From positions 1-31,834 of the IMG/VR virus record IMGVR_UViG_3300031760_000361: 31,834 bases of DNA; one strand, written 5' to 3'. The position numbers and the translations under genes were made by a program. Of the stretch, positions 6,361 through 12,951 are shown in pieces. The stretch is from a virus. The number at the start of each line of letters is the position of its first letter. Position 1 is the first letter of the stretch. The notes beneath the pieces were generated by a model. The model searched no databases and was not told the origin of the DNA. It worked only from the letters and a program-made list of their open reading frames with translations.

Positions 6361-6420
6361 GCTTATTATTAAGTAAGCATATATTCATTTCGGAGCCTTT
6401 TATTAGGTTCCCCTTTTTTT
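6361..6420 (+). ncRNA. Candidate ~60-nt plus-strand small RNA (promoter + two hairpins + U-run), antisense to the minus-strand intercistronic region
   Basis: Hairpin 1 is GCTTAT-tattaa-GTAAGC (6361-6378). Hairpin 2 is GGAGCC-ttttatta-GGTTCC (6392-6411, one G-U pair), followed by CC and T7 (6414-6420), which is intrinsic-terminator geometry on the plus strand only. There is no plus-strand ORF here. Confidence 0.3.
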
Positions 6421-6622
6421 ATTTGAACAACTCATAATAATTTTTTTTGTAATACTCGCAGAGCTTATCAACTTCGCCTATCGTCCAATCATTACGTCCT
6501 GTAAGCTTTCTATATAAGCTCATTGTTGTTATTCCTAATACTTCAGCTATCGCTTTTCTTGTATGTTTATGCTTCTTCATTTCATATGTTATATTAGGAT
6601 ATTTAATTTCTGCTTTACTCAT
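6419..6622 (-). CDS. Cro/XRE-like HTH transcriptional regulator
   Basis: 67-aa ORF. The HTH segment is TRKAIAEVLGITTMSLYRKLTGRND. A strong RBS (AAAGGAG) lies 7 nt before the ATG. It is the second gene of the early leftward series. Confidence 0.65.
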   Translation of the reverse strand: MSKAEIKYPNITYEMKKHKHTRKAIAEVLGITTMSLYRKLTGRNDWTIGEVDKLCEYYKKNYYELFK

Positions 6623-6645
6623 ACTATTCTCCTTTCTATAGGTAA

Positions 6646-6676
6646 TTAAAAAACCTATGGCTTTTAACCATAGGTT
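6646..6676 (-). terminator. Perfect 9-bp hairpin + U-run in the leader of the Cro-like gene (terminator/attenuator or operator)
   Basis: Minus strand AACCTATGG-ttaaaag-CCATAGGTT (6676-6652), followed by TTTTTT, only ~25 nt upstream of the Cro-like RBS. Confidence 0.45.
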
Positions 6677-6746
6677 CGTTAAATATATATTATGTTAACT
6701 TACTATGGCTAAATTATAAGGCTTTTTGTTCCCTATTACTATAACC

Positions 6747-6774
6747 ATTATAACATATTTTATATTATAATCAA
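6747..6774 (-). promoter_or_regulatory. Candidate sigma-70-type promoter (TTGATT-16-TATAAT, extended -10 TGtTATAAT)
   Basis: Minus strand reads TTGATT (6774-6769) ATAATATAAAATATGT TATAAT (6752-6747). It lies between the stop of 6805..7107 and the leader hairpin. Confidence 0.45.
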
Positions 6775-6804
6775 TAGTTTTTTAACATTTTTTTTATCTT
6801 TACA

Positions 6805-7107
6805 CTAAATTTTTGTAGCCGATACTATCGTTCTAAATAAAATAAGTAAAAAAAATAAACGTCCTATATCGTCGCATACTCTAAAAAGCTTTTTCTTTAA
6901 TTCATAAAAAAATCTACTTATCTTATAATTTCTTTCTTGTAATTTATTATATATATCTCTAGGGTAATAAATTCCTTTGTAGCAATATTTAATATCTATA
7001 CATTCCCAACCATAAGAGTTAATATACCCTACTCTATAATATAAATCATTACCAACATATCTTTTTATGATTTCCCCATTTTTCTTTTTATATGTTACTT
7101 CTACCAT
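6805..7107 (-). CDS. Hypothetical protein with a hydrophobic C-terminus (first gene of the early leftward series)
   Basis: 100-aa Tyr-rich ORF with a C-terminal LFFLLILFRTIVSA segment. No motif recognised. Confidence 0.5.
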   Translation of the reverse strand: MVEVTYKKKNGEIIKRYVGNDLYYRVGYINSYGWECIDIKYCYKGIYYPRDIYNKLQERNYKISRFFYELKKKLFRVCDDIGRLFFLLILFRTIVSATKI

Positions 7108-7138
7108 AATGTAAACTTAACCCCCTTTCGTGCCATTT

Positions 7139-7167
7139 ATTTTATATATAAGCTTTCTATTCGTCAA
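7139..7167 (-). promoter_or_regulatory. Candidate early leftward promoter (TTGACG-17-TAAAAT)
   Basis: Minus strand reads TTGACG (7167-7162), a 17-nt spacer and TAAAAT (7144-7139), about 30 nt upstream of the 6805..7107 start. It lies in the divergent region shared with the plus-strand HNH gene, which has its own TATAAT at 7176-7181. Confidence 0.5.
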
Positions 7168-7218
7168 ATTTATATTATAATAAGATTAAAAACCCTATAT
7201 TTTGTTCGGTGGTGACTT

Positions 7219-7647
7219 ATGAATAAATGTACCCATTTAAAGCTTAAATTGAACGGATTATTATATTGCAAGGTATTTAATAAGGAAATACCAAAAACGT
7301 TTTGCTATGCTTGTAAATATAAGGAATTCAAGCATAATAAACCTACTAAAAGAACTAAAGCTCTAGGCATAACTAAAAAGACTAAACTAGCCGTATGGGA
7401 ACGTGATAACCATAGGTGTATCTTCTGCGGTAAATTAGTGCCGTGGAATAACGCTAACTCTCACTTTATAAAAAGGAGTCAAGGTGGGTTAGGTATAGAA
7501 CGGAATATCCTTACTAATTGCGAAGAATGCCACCATAAGTTTGATGATACACCAGAGCGTGAGGTATTATGGGAGTATGCTGAAAGATACTTGATGAGTA
7601 AATATAGGGATTTCAATATAGACTCGCTTACATATAAAAAGAACTAG
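7219..7647 (+). CDS. HNH endonuclease, copy 2 of 3; the only credible plus-strand gene
   Basis: WERDNHRCIFCGK...NSHFIKRSQGGLGIERNILTNCEECHHKF is a classic Cys-box HNH nuclease signature. RBS GGTGGTGA precedes the ATG at 7219. Confidence 0.8.
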   Translation: MNKCTHLKLKLNGLLYCKVFNKEIPKTFCYACKYKEFKHNKPTKRTKALGITKKTKLAVWERDNHRCIFCGKLVPWNNANSHFIKRSQGGLGIERNILTNCEECHHKFDDTPEREVLWEYAERYLMSKYRDFNIDSLTYKKN

Positions 7648-7666
7648 GATAACCTAGTCTTTTTTT
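7643..7666 (+). terminator. Intrinsic terminator of the plus-strand HNH gene
   Basis: ACTAGG-ataa-CCTAGT (7643-7658), followed by C and T7 (7660-7666). The stop codon TAG (7645-7647) lies in the stem. Confidence 0.6.
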
Positions 7667-7705
7667 AATGATAGCACTCTACCTCTACCACTGAAATGAG
7701 CATAC

Positions 7706-7738
7706 GGCACTTTATAAGTACCATAGAAAACATATACC
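7706..7738. repeat. Direct repeat copy 1 in the noncoding island
   Basis: ggcactttataagtaccatagaaaacatatacc. Compare 7956-7990. Confidence 0.6.
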
Positions 7739-7955
7739 CTTAGCTAAGTATCTTAAAGGCGTTTATACCTCTTTTTTACAATATATGTTCTCTACGCTAC
7801 CTATAAGGTAACGTACAACCAAAATTTTAAAATCACAAACGTTATTACGTCCGTTTGCAAGACGAGAGCCATTGGGCTACTACGGGTCGCCTAGTCTAGC
7901 ATTGAGTTAACTAGCTATCGGCTTTTGAGTGTTTAACTCCTCTAATCGTTATTCT

Positions 7956-7990
7956 GGTACTTTATAAGCACCTTAGAAATAGATATATAC
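7956..7990. repeat. Direct repeat copy 2 in the noncoding island
   Basis: ggtactttataagcaccttagaaatagatatatac. About 27 of 33 positions are shared with 7706-7738, 250 bp away. Each copy begins with an imperfect palindrome, GG(C/T)ACTTTATAAG(T/C)ACC. Confidence 0.6.
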
Positions 7991-8150
7991 TCATACTAAC
8001 TAAGCTAGTGCTTTCAAACTATATCTATCTCTAAGCTACTAGGAACACAGCGATAGTTCCTTTAGCTATATTGTATCATCATAGGCAACAAAAGGGGTTC
8101 TATTACCTAATTAAATTATACCAAAATATTGAGCTTTAACCCAAGAAAAT

Positions 8151-8183
8151 AAGTAAAAGAAAATAGAGCTTTTTACACTCTAT
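8151..8183 (-). terminator. Candidate terminator at the end of the late operon
   Basis: Minus strand ATAGAG-tgtaaaaag-CTCTAT (8183-8163), followed by TTTCTTTTACTT, immediately after the endolysin stop codon. Confidence 0.4.
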
Positions 8184-8831
8184 TTACTTTAGATATTTAT
8201 TGGAACAATAGCACCCTAGTACATTGTCTACTATATTCCACCCGTTTTTTACTCCGTGTGTTTCTACTTGAGTATTATACTTAGCCGTATAGACTATTCC
8301 ACCTTTTACACTAGGTTTATTTCTTACGTTTAATCCGTCTTTAGCTGTTACCTTTTTAGTATGAGGTATCAAGTCTTTAGTTCCATTTGTACTTGTAGTT
8401 TGTCCGTCGTATACATTTAGATACTTAAGAGGGTCTACCCATTTAGCTAATAAGCCATATTTAAGCCCTTTACCTTTTTGGAGTCCGAAGTGTAGGTGAT
8501 TACCACTAACTTTACCCGTACCACCCATAGAAGCTATCATTTGTCCCTTAGATACTCTAGTGTTTAAAGCTACAAGGATACTCCCTCTTTTAAGGTGTCC
8601 GTATTCGCTAGTCATATTATACTTTTCGTGATATATACCTAACACGTAACCACCACTACTTTGGTATTTTTTATATACTACTATTCCGTCCTCGCAAGCA
8701 TATATAGGTTGGTTAGCTCCTCCGTGCTTAGAGTCCCAACCAAAGTCTACGCCTTTATGGGTTAAACTGAACTTGTTAAATTTTCCACTTTTATTCTTTA
8801 CTATACCGATATAGTTTGTGGGGCAACGCAT
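8184..8831 (-). CDS. Endolysin: M23 (LytM-type) peptidase domain + C-terminal SH3-like cell-wall-binding domain
   Basis: The M23 zinc-site motifs are present: HKGVDF (HxxxD) and GNHLHFG (HxH). C-terminal VTAKDGLNVRNKPSVKGGIVYTAKYNTQVE...GW is SH3_3-like. The gene follows the holin with a one-base overlap. Confidence 0.85.
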   Translation of the reverse strand: MRCPTNYIGIVKNKSGKFNKFSLTHKGVDFGWDSKHGGANQPIYACEDGIVVYKKYQSSGGYVLGIYHEKYNMTSEYGHLKRGSILVALNTRVSKGQMIASMGGTGKVSGNHLHFGLQKGKGLKYGLLAKWVDPLKYLNVYDGQTTSTNGTKDLIPHTKKVTAKDGLNVRNKPSVKGGIVYTAKYNTQVETHGVKNGWNIVDNVLGCYCSNKYLK

Positions 8832-9022
8832 TATTTACCACCCCACAACTTACCTTGTATAAGATAGGTACCTATAACGCCTTGTATTACAGCTATTATC
8901 TGGACTATCACTAAAGCGTTAGGAATATCTACTCCGTCTATAGCATTTATACCCACGATTAACATACTAACCATACCCAAAATATTAGTAGTATACTTAG
9001 CTATCTTCTTAACTTTCTTCAT
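8831..9022 (-). CDS. Holin (63 aa, two TM segments)
   Basis: Small protein with two hydrophobic helices and a basic N-terminus, immediately upstream of and overlapping the endolysin gene. Confidence 0.65.
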   Translation of the reverse strand: MKKVKKIAKYTTNILGMVSMLIVGINAIDGVDIPNALVIVQIIAVIQGVIGTYLIQGKLWGGK

Positions 9023-10895
9023 TTTCTTCCTCCTCTAAAGGTTCTATGTTGTCTACCTCTGTTGGTTGTATATCATTCTCTTGTGTATTTAATGTATTTC
9101 CTAAACTTAATGGATTTACCATACTTAGTGTACTATTTAAAGAGGTACTTTCTTGCCACTCTTTTAATGCACTAGCACTTATAATAAATGGTAAATCATT
9201 ATTTACTTGTGATATATTAGTTTGTCCGTCTTTACTCATAGCTTTTTCTAATAAGTTAAGTTGATTTATCAAAGGTTCGTATGTTAGTTCTTCGGTTGTT
9301 GGAGTTGCTAGTACATAATATATTTCTAAATTGTTTGTACTTAACCAATTATTTGCTTGTTCTAATGTATATGTGCCTATATCATCTATATAAATAATAA
9401 ACATTGTAATTGCATCACTAACACTTATTCCTTGAACTCTACCATAAGTATTAACAAGAGTTTTTGGTAATAATTTATTGCAATAAACATCAGCAATTTG
9501 TCCTGATGTTTGTAATTTAACAGGTATTTCATTAGTCCTATAACGATTTATTCCACTTGTGTTAGTTGAAAAAATTTGAGTAAATCTGTTTGAACTACCA
9601 TTTAAAACAACTTTCCCTATCTCTTTATGTAAATACCACTTACCACTATCTTTATAGATATAGTCTTGGTATGTTCCTATTTTACATAGTTCTATTGGTG
9701 TTGTTCCGTATGGGGTGTAATTGTTTGCCTTTATATTAGTTATCATTGGTTTAACTATTAAATTATTAACAGTTGCACCACTCATAACAGTTAGTTCTAT
9801 ATAGCATTGTGTATATGTGGATTTATCAATTGCTACTGAAGTTCCATCTGAACTACCTAAAACGTGATAACTATCACCTGAATGATTAATTACTCTAACT
9901 CTTACATTACTACTTAAACCACCACTTACGTAATCACCTGGTATTGTGCCTTGACTTTGATAACTAGCAAACAATGTAAGTGAAGCATTAGCTGTTGCTG
10001 TGCCATTTACCTTTATAGTTCCGTCACCTAAATCAGTAAACGTGATACCATTAGTTGTTTTTGTAGTTTGTGGGTAAGGGTAAGGTAATAAATTCTCTAC
10101 TGGTAAATCCACATTATATGTATCTGCGTTATATGGGTCGTAGACATTATCACTTAACGTTGATACCATAGGATAAAATTTAACATTGTTCATTGTTGCT
10201 CCTGACTTTATTGTAATATATGAAGCAACATAATAAGCATTTGCATTGTTAATAGTTGCTCCATTCCCTGTATCAGTTACTCCACCTAAATATGTATTAG
10301 TATCATTATAATAATAATAAGAAATAAAATATGTTGACGTGCTCCCATTAGAAGGACACCCACTACAATAATGCGTTACGTTGGGAGTTATTGGTGTTCT
10401 ATTTGCATAAGGCGTTTTTCCAGAACTTATAGAACTATAACTTGCATCACTAGTAGCAGTTCCATTTACATTTATATATTGTAATAATCCATTCTCATAA
10501 ACAGGTGTAAATGATATACCACTATAAGTTGCACTTGATAGGTTTTTGCTATCTAATATATTTTTTCCTATTACATTTATCTCATTATCTCCACTTACTA
10601 CATTTACTGGTATAGGGCTTGTAGGTGTAGGAGTACCACTTTGAGAGGTATTGCCTTTTAATGTACTTTTAATTTTACCCACTCTAGTGTCGTCTAGTGT
10701 TAAGCTTGTACCCTCTCCACTTACTTGTGGCATACTATCGTATATATCGTCTAATACTATAGATATATTTTCTATATTTTTATTTACGTTAGTTAAGTCA
10801 GCTCCTAATCCTTGTAATTCATCATAAGCTTGTTCTATATGAGATGACATTTCGTTTATTCTTGAAGTTATACTCATACTATACACCCTCTCCAA
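9009..10895 (-). CDS. Tail fibre / receptor-binding protein with an internally duplicated domain
   Basis: 628-aa Asn/Thr/Ser/Tyr/Gly-rich ORF, the last structural gene before the lysis genes. Two homologous segments begin GISFTP...YINVNGTATSDAS and GITFTD...IKVNGTATANAS and end GATMNNVKFYPMVS / GATVNNLIVKPMIT. Confidence 0.6.
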   Translation of the reverse strand: MERVYSMSITSRINEMSSHIEQAYDELQGLGADLTNVNKNIENISIVLDDIYDSMPQVSGEGTSLTLDDTRVGKIKSTLKGNTSQSGTPTPTSPIPVNVVSGDNEINVIGKNILDSKNLSSATYSGISFTPVYENGLLQYINVNGTATSDASYSSISSGKTPYANRTPITPNVTHYCSGCPSNGSTSTYFISYYYYNDTNTYLGGVTDTGNGATINNANAYYVASYITIKSGATMNNVKFYPMVSTLSDNVYDPYNADTYNVDLPVENLLPYPYPQTTKTTNGITFTDLGDGTIKVNGTATANASLTLFASYQSQGTIPGDYVSGGLSSNVRVRVINHSGDSYHVLGSSDGTSVAIDKSTYTQCYIELTVMSGATVNNLIVKPMITNIKANNYTPYGTTPIELCKIGTYQDYIYKDSGKWYLHKEIGKVVLNGSSNRFTQIFSTNTSGINRYRTNEIPVKLQTSGQIADVYCNKLLPKTLVNTYGRVQGISVSDAITMFIIYIDDIGTYTLEQANNWLSTNNLEIYYVLATPTTEELTYEPLINQLNLLEKAMSKDGQTNISQVNNDLPFIISASALKEWQESTSLNSTLSMVNPLSLGNTLNTQENDIQPTEVDNIEPLEEEENEES

Positions 10896-11334
10896 CGTCT
10901 AAGTTAGTTAAGATACTTTCTATATCGCCGACTAATTCATTAATAACGTCGCAAGAATAAGTATTGCCACTACCACTAGAGATTTCATTTACTACATTAG
11001 CATTTGTTACGTCAAAAGTAGTAGTTGTACCATTAGTATAAGTAATAGTATAAGTATCTACATTAGAGCTTGTACTTGTTTTAGCCACGCTTGATATTCC
11101 ATTACCTGTAGCACCTGTTTGTCCCGTTGCTCCTGTATCACCTTTTGTACCTTTTTCGGCGATTAATTGCCAATAAGTTGTATTTGTTGGAACGTTCCCC
11201 TTTGTAGCTTGTAAGCTAACATAAGAACTCCCTTGATATGTTACTACGTCATTTTTCTCGTATTGAGTAGCTGAATTATAAGTTCCTTTTGATAGGTAAG
11301 CGACCTTACCTAAATCTTGTGTTATTGTTGCCAT
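10879..11334 (-). CDS. Tail fibre protein with a short collagen-like Gly-X-Y run
   Basis: N-terminal Y..ND.V.YQGSSYVSL....GN.P.N..YWQLIAEKG followed by GTKGDTGATGQTGATGNG. This pattern is common in Firmicute phage fibre proteins. Confidence 0.6.
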   Translation of the reverse strand: MATITQDLGKVAYLSKGTYNSATQYEKNDVVTYQGSSYVSLQATKGNVPTNTTYWQLIAEKGTKGDTGATGQTGATGNGISSVAKTSTSSNVDTYTITYTNGTTTTFDVTNANVVNEISSGSGNTYSCDVINELVGDIESILTNLDVGEGV

Positions 11335-11335
11335 A

Positions 11336-12223
11336 TTACACCTCTATTCTTTCTATTAAATGTCCGTTATCATTTAAAATAAAATTTATGTTTTCTAAAT
11401 CCGACTCGCTATACATAATTAAGTGAGCTTGGTTATTTATATCTAATATTGGGAAGTTAGCGTCGCCTCTATCTCCTTTTTCGCCTTTAAGATTTTCAAA
11501 AGCAAAGTTAAAACTTCTATTGCTTTCGGTACCACCCATAGTTACGTCTACGCTAGGTACTCCAGACTCGTTATTAATAGTTGCTGTAGCTCCACTAATA
11601 ACGGCATTTTTACCTTGATAGATAGTAGCCTCGTGTTCTACTCCGTCCCTATCGGTAAAGGTAACGTCATATTGTCCTTGTCCGTCTACTACTTCTACAT
11701 TTACTTTCTCGGCTCCACTTGTAGCAATTTCGCACTCCTGGATAGCTTCGTCTATGTCGGCTCTCATTTGGTCTACGTCAGCTTGCCACTCGCCCATTTT
11801 ATCTTGATACTGACTCATTACTAAGTTGGCATTTTGTAACCAATTCTCTATTGTAGTAGGCATATCACCCTCGCCGATTTCTAAGCATTCGTCTAAAGTA
11901 ATATCGGCTTGTTTTGAGTGCCATACCATATCATCGTTTACAATTTCTATTTGGATAGTATAGTTTAATTCACTAGCTACATATTGAGTTACCTCTAAGT
12001 CGTATGAGTTCTCTTCTTGATTTATAGTAAGGGGGAAAGCTACAAGCTCGCCGTTACTATCGGTTAAAGTAGTAAGGAGTGTAGCTGTTCCCACGATAAA
12101 GTCGTCAAAGGTAAATCTAAGTAAGTCTACGTCATTGTCGGTCTTAACTCCTAGCCCTAAATTAGAACTAGTAGTCATCTCCATTACTCTGGAGTCTTTA
12201 TATACGTTTATTATTTTTATCAT
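11336..12223 (-). CDS. Tail fibre / baseplate-associated structural protein
   Basis: 295-aa acidic ORF in the fibre cluster. It contains a short collagen-like GEKGDRGD. Confidence 0.5.
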   Translation of the reverse strand: MIKIINVYKDSRVMEMTTSSNLGLGVKTDNDVDLLRFTFDDFIVGTATLLTTLTDSNGELVAFPLTINQEENSYDLEVTQYVASELNYTIQIEIVNDDMVWHSKQADITLDECLEIGEGDMPTTIENWLQNANLVMSQYQDKMGEWQADVDQMRADIDEAIQECEIATSGAEKVNVEVVDGQGQYDVTFTDRDGVEHEATIYQGKNAVISGATATINNESGVPSVDVTMGGTESNRSFNFAFENLKGEKGDRGDANFPILDINNQAHLIMYSESDLENINFILNDNGHLIERIEV

Positions 12224-12233
12224 ATATTCCCTC

Positions 12234-12503
12234 CTATTTCTTAACGCCTAGTTTGTATAAGCAATAAGCTAATACGGCGTAAAATATATAATCTATTAAT
12301 TTGTCCCATTTCATACCTTTTTTATCGGTTTCAGTACTTATCTTTTCTTTAATACCCGTAACCTCAGCTTCTACATTATTTAGTGTAGTTTCCATTTTAG
12401 CCATTATTACGTATATCTTCTCGAGCTTGCCTATTCTTTCTTCGTGGTTTTTGAATTTTTCTTCGTGGTTTCTAAATTTTTCTTCGATTAAATCGTCACT
12501 CAT
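12234..12503 (-). CDS. XhlA-like protein (coiled coil + C-terminal TM anchor)
   Basis: 89 aa. The N-terminal heptad region contains duplicated FRNHEEKFKNHEER, and the C-terminal TM segment is LIDYIFYAVLAYCLYKLG. This matches the architecture of PBSX XhlA-family proteins. Confidence 0.5.
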   Translation of the reverse strand: MSDDLIEEKFRNHEEKFKNHEERIGKLEKIYVIMAKMETTLNNVEAEVTGIKEKISTETDKKGMKWDKLIDYIFYAVLAYCLYKLGVKK

Positions 12504-12513
12504 AAAACCACTC

Positions 12514-12936
12514 CTAATCCGTTGTCTTTGTATATTCTATAATCACCCAAGTATAAGCGTGACTTAAAGGACAATAGTATTGTAAATTATTATTAACTAC
12601 TCTTAAAAGTGTGTCATTCCAAACACAATTATTAGGACTACCACCCATTAAACCTTTAACTAAAGTATCTACATTAGAGATTGATAAGAGAGTAGTCCAA
12701 GCATTTTGTGCCATAGTGCCACTTATAGAATAGACTCTTCCATATCTAGGTTTGCCTAACCAAGTGCCAACTACTGTTTCGGTAGTTGAATACGTCGTAC
12801 TATCTACTAAATAATTAGCGTTAGCGTTTACTACCGATTTTATTTCGTTCATATTACTATCGGTAACTTTGTTTACTTCTGGGATACTTGGTTGTGTACC
12901 CATTGCTTGTTTATCAGCATAAGTTATTAAAGCCAT
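12514..12936 (-). CDS. Small tail-fibre-like / receptor-binding-module protein
   Basis: N-terminal ITYADKQAMGTQPSIPEVNKVTDSNMNEIKSVVN resembles the conserved N-terminus of many Firmicute phage fibre proteins (..YADK....P.I....KV...D.NEIK.VVN). Confidence 0.45.
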   Translation of the reverse strand: MALITYADKQAMGTQPSIPEVNKVTDSNMNEIKSVVNANANYLVDSTTYSTTETVVGTWLGKPRYGRVYSISGTMAQNAWTTLLSISNVDTLVKGLMGGSPNNCVWNDTLLRVVNNNLQYYCPLSHAYTWVIIEYTKTTD

Positions 12937-12951
12937 ATATCATCACCCTTT

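Larger units (their letters stand above)
7669..8150. other. ORF-free ~480-bp island between convergent terminators
   Basis: The track has no ORF of 60 aa or more in any frame. The island is visibly less AT-rich than its flanks. It contains an imperfect direct repeat pair, several short stem-loops (for example GAGTTAA-N22-TTAACTC at 7904-7939 and AGGAAC-N9-GTTCCT at 8041-8061) and recurring CTAAGCTA-like words. Confidence 0.6.

Noticed and set aside
6392-6420. The hairpin after the Cro-like gene as a minus-strand terminator.
   Set aside because: On the minus strand the stem has an A-C mismatch and is followed by GAAAUGAAUAU rather than a U-run. The A-run precedes it. The geometry fits only a plus-strand terminator, hence the sRNA hypothesis.
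7840-7900. A tRNA or tRNA-like element (anticodon-loop-like TTGCAAA) in the GC-richer part of the island.
   Set aside because: The flanking bases do not form a 5-bp anticodon stem around a 7-nt loop on either strand. No T-loop GTTCGA-type motif or acceptor-stem pairing could be found by eye.
7706-7990. The direct repeats in the noncoding island as a CRISPR array.
   Set aside because: There are only two imperfect copies, 250 bp apart, which is far larger than spacer length. There are no further regularly spaced repeats and no cas genes.
6623-8183. A lysogeny module (integrase, CI repressor, attP) at the position between the lysis genes and the early genes.
   Set aside because: The only ORFs here are a 100-aa hydrophobic-tailed protein and an HNH nuclease. 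No tyrosine- or serine-recombinase motifs were seen anywhere in the six-frame track. The noncoding island is too short to be a decayed integrase gene with recognisable remnants.
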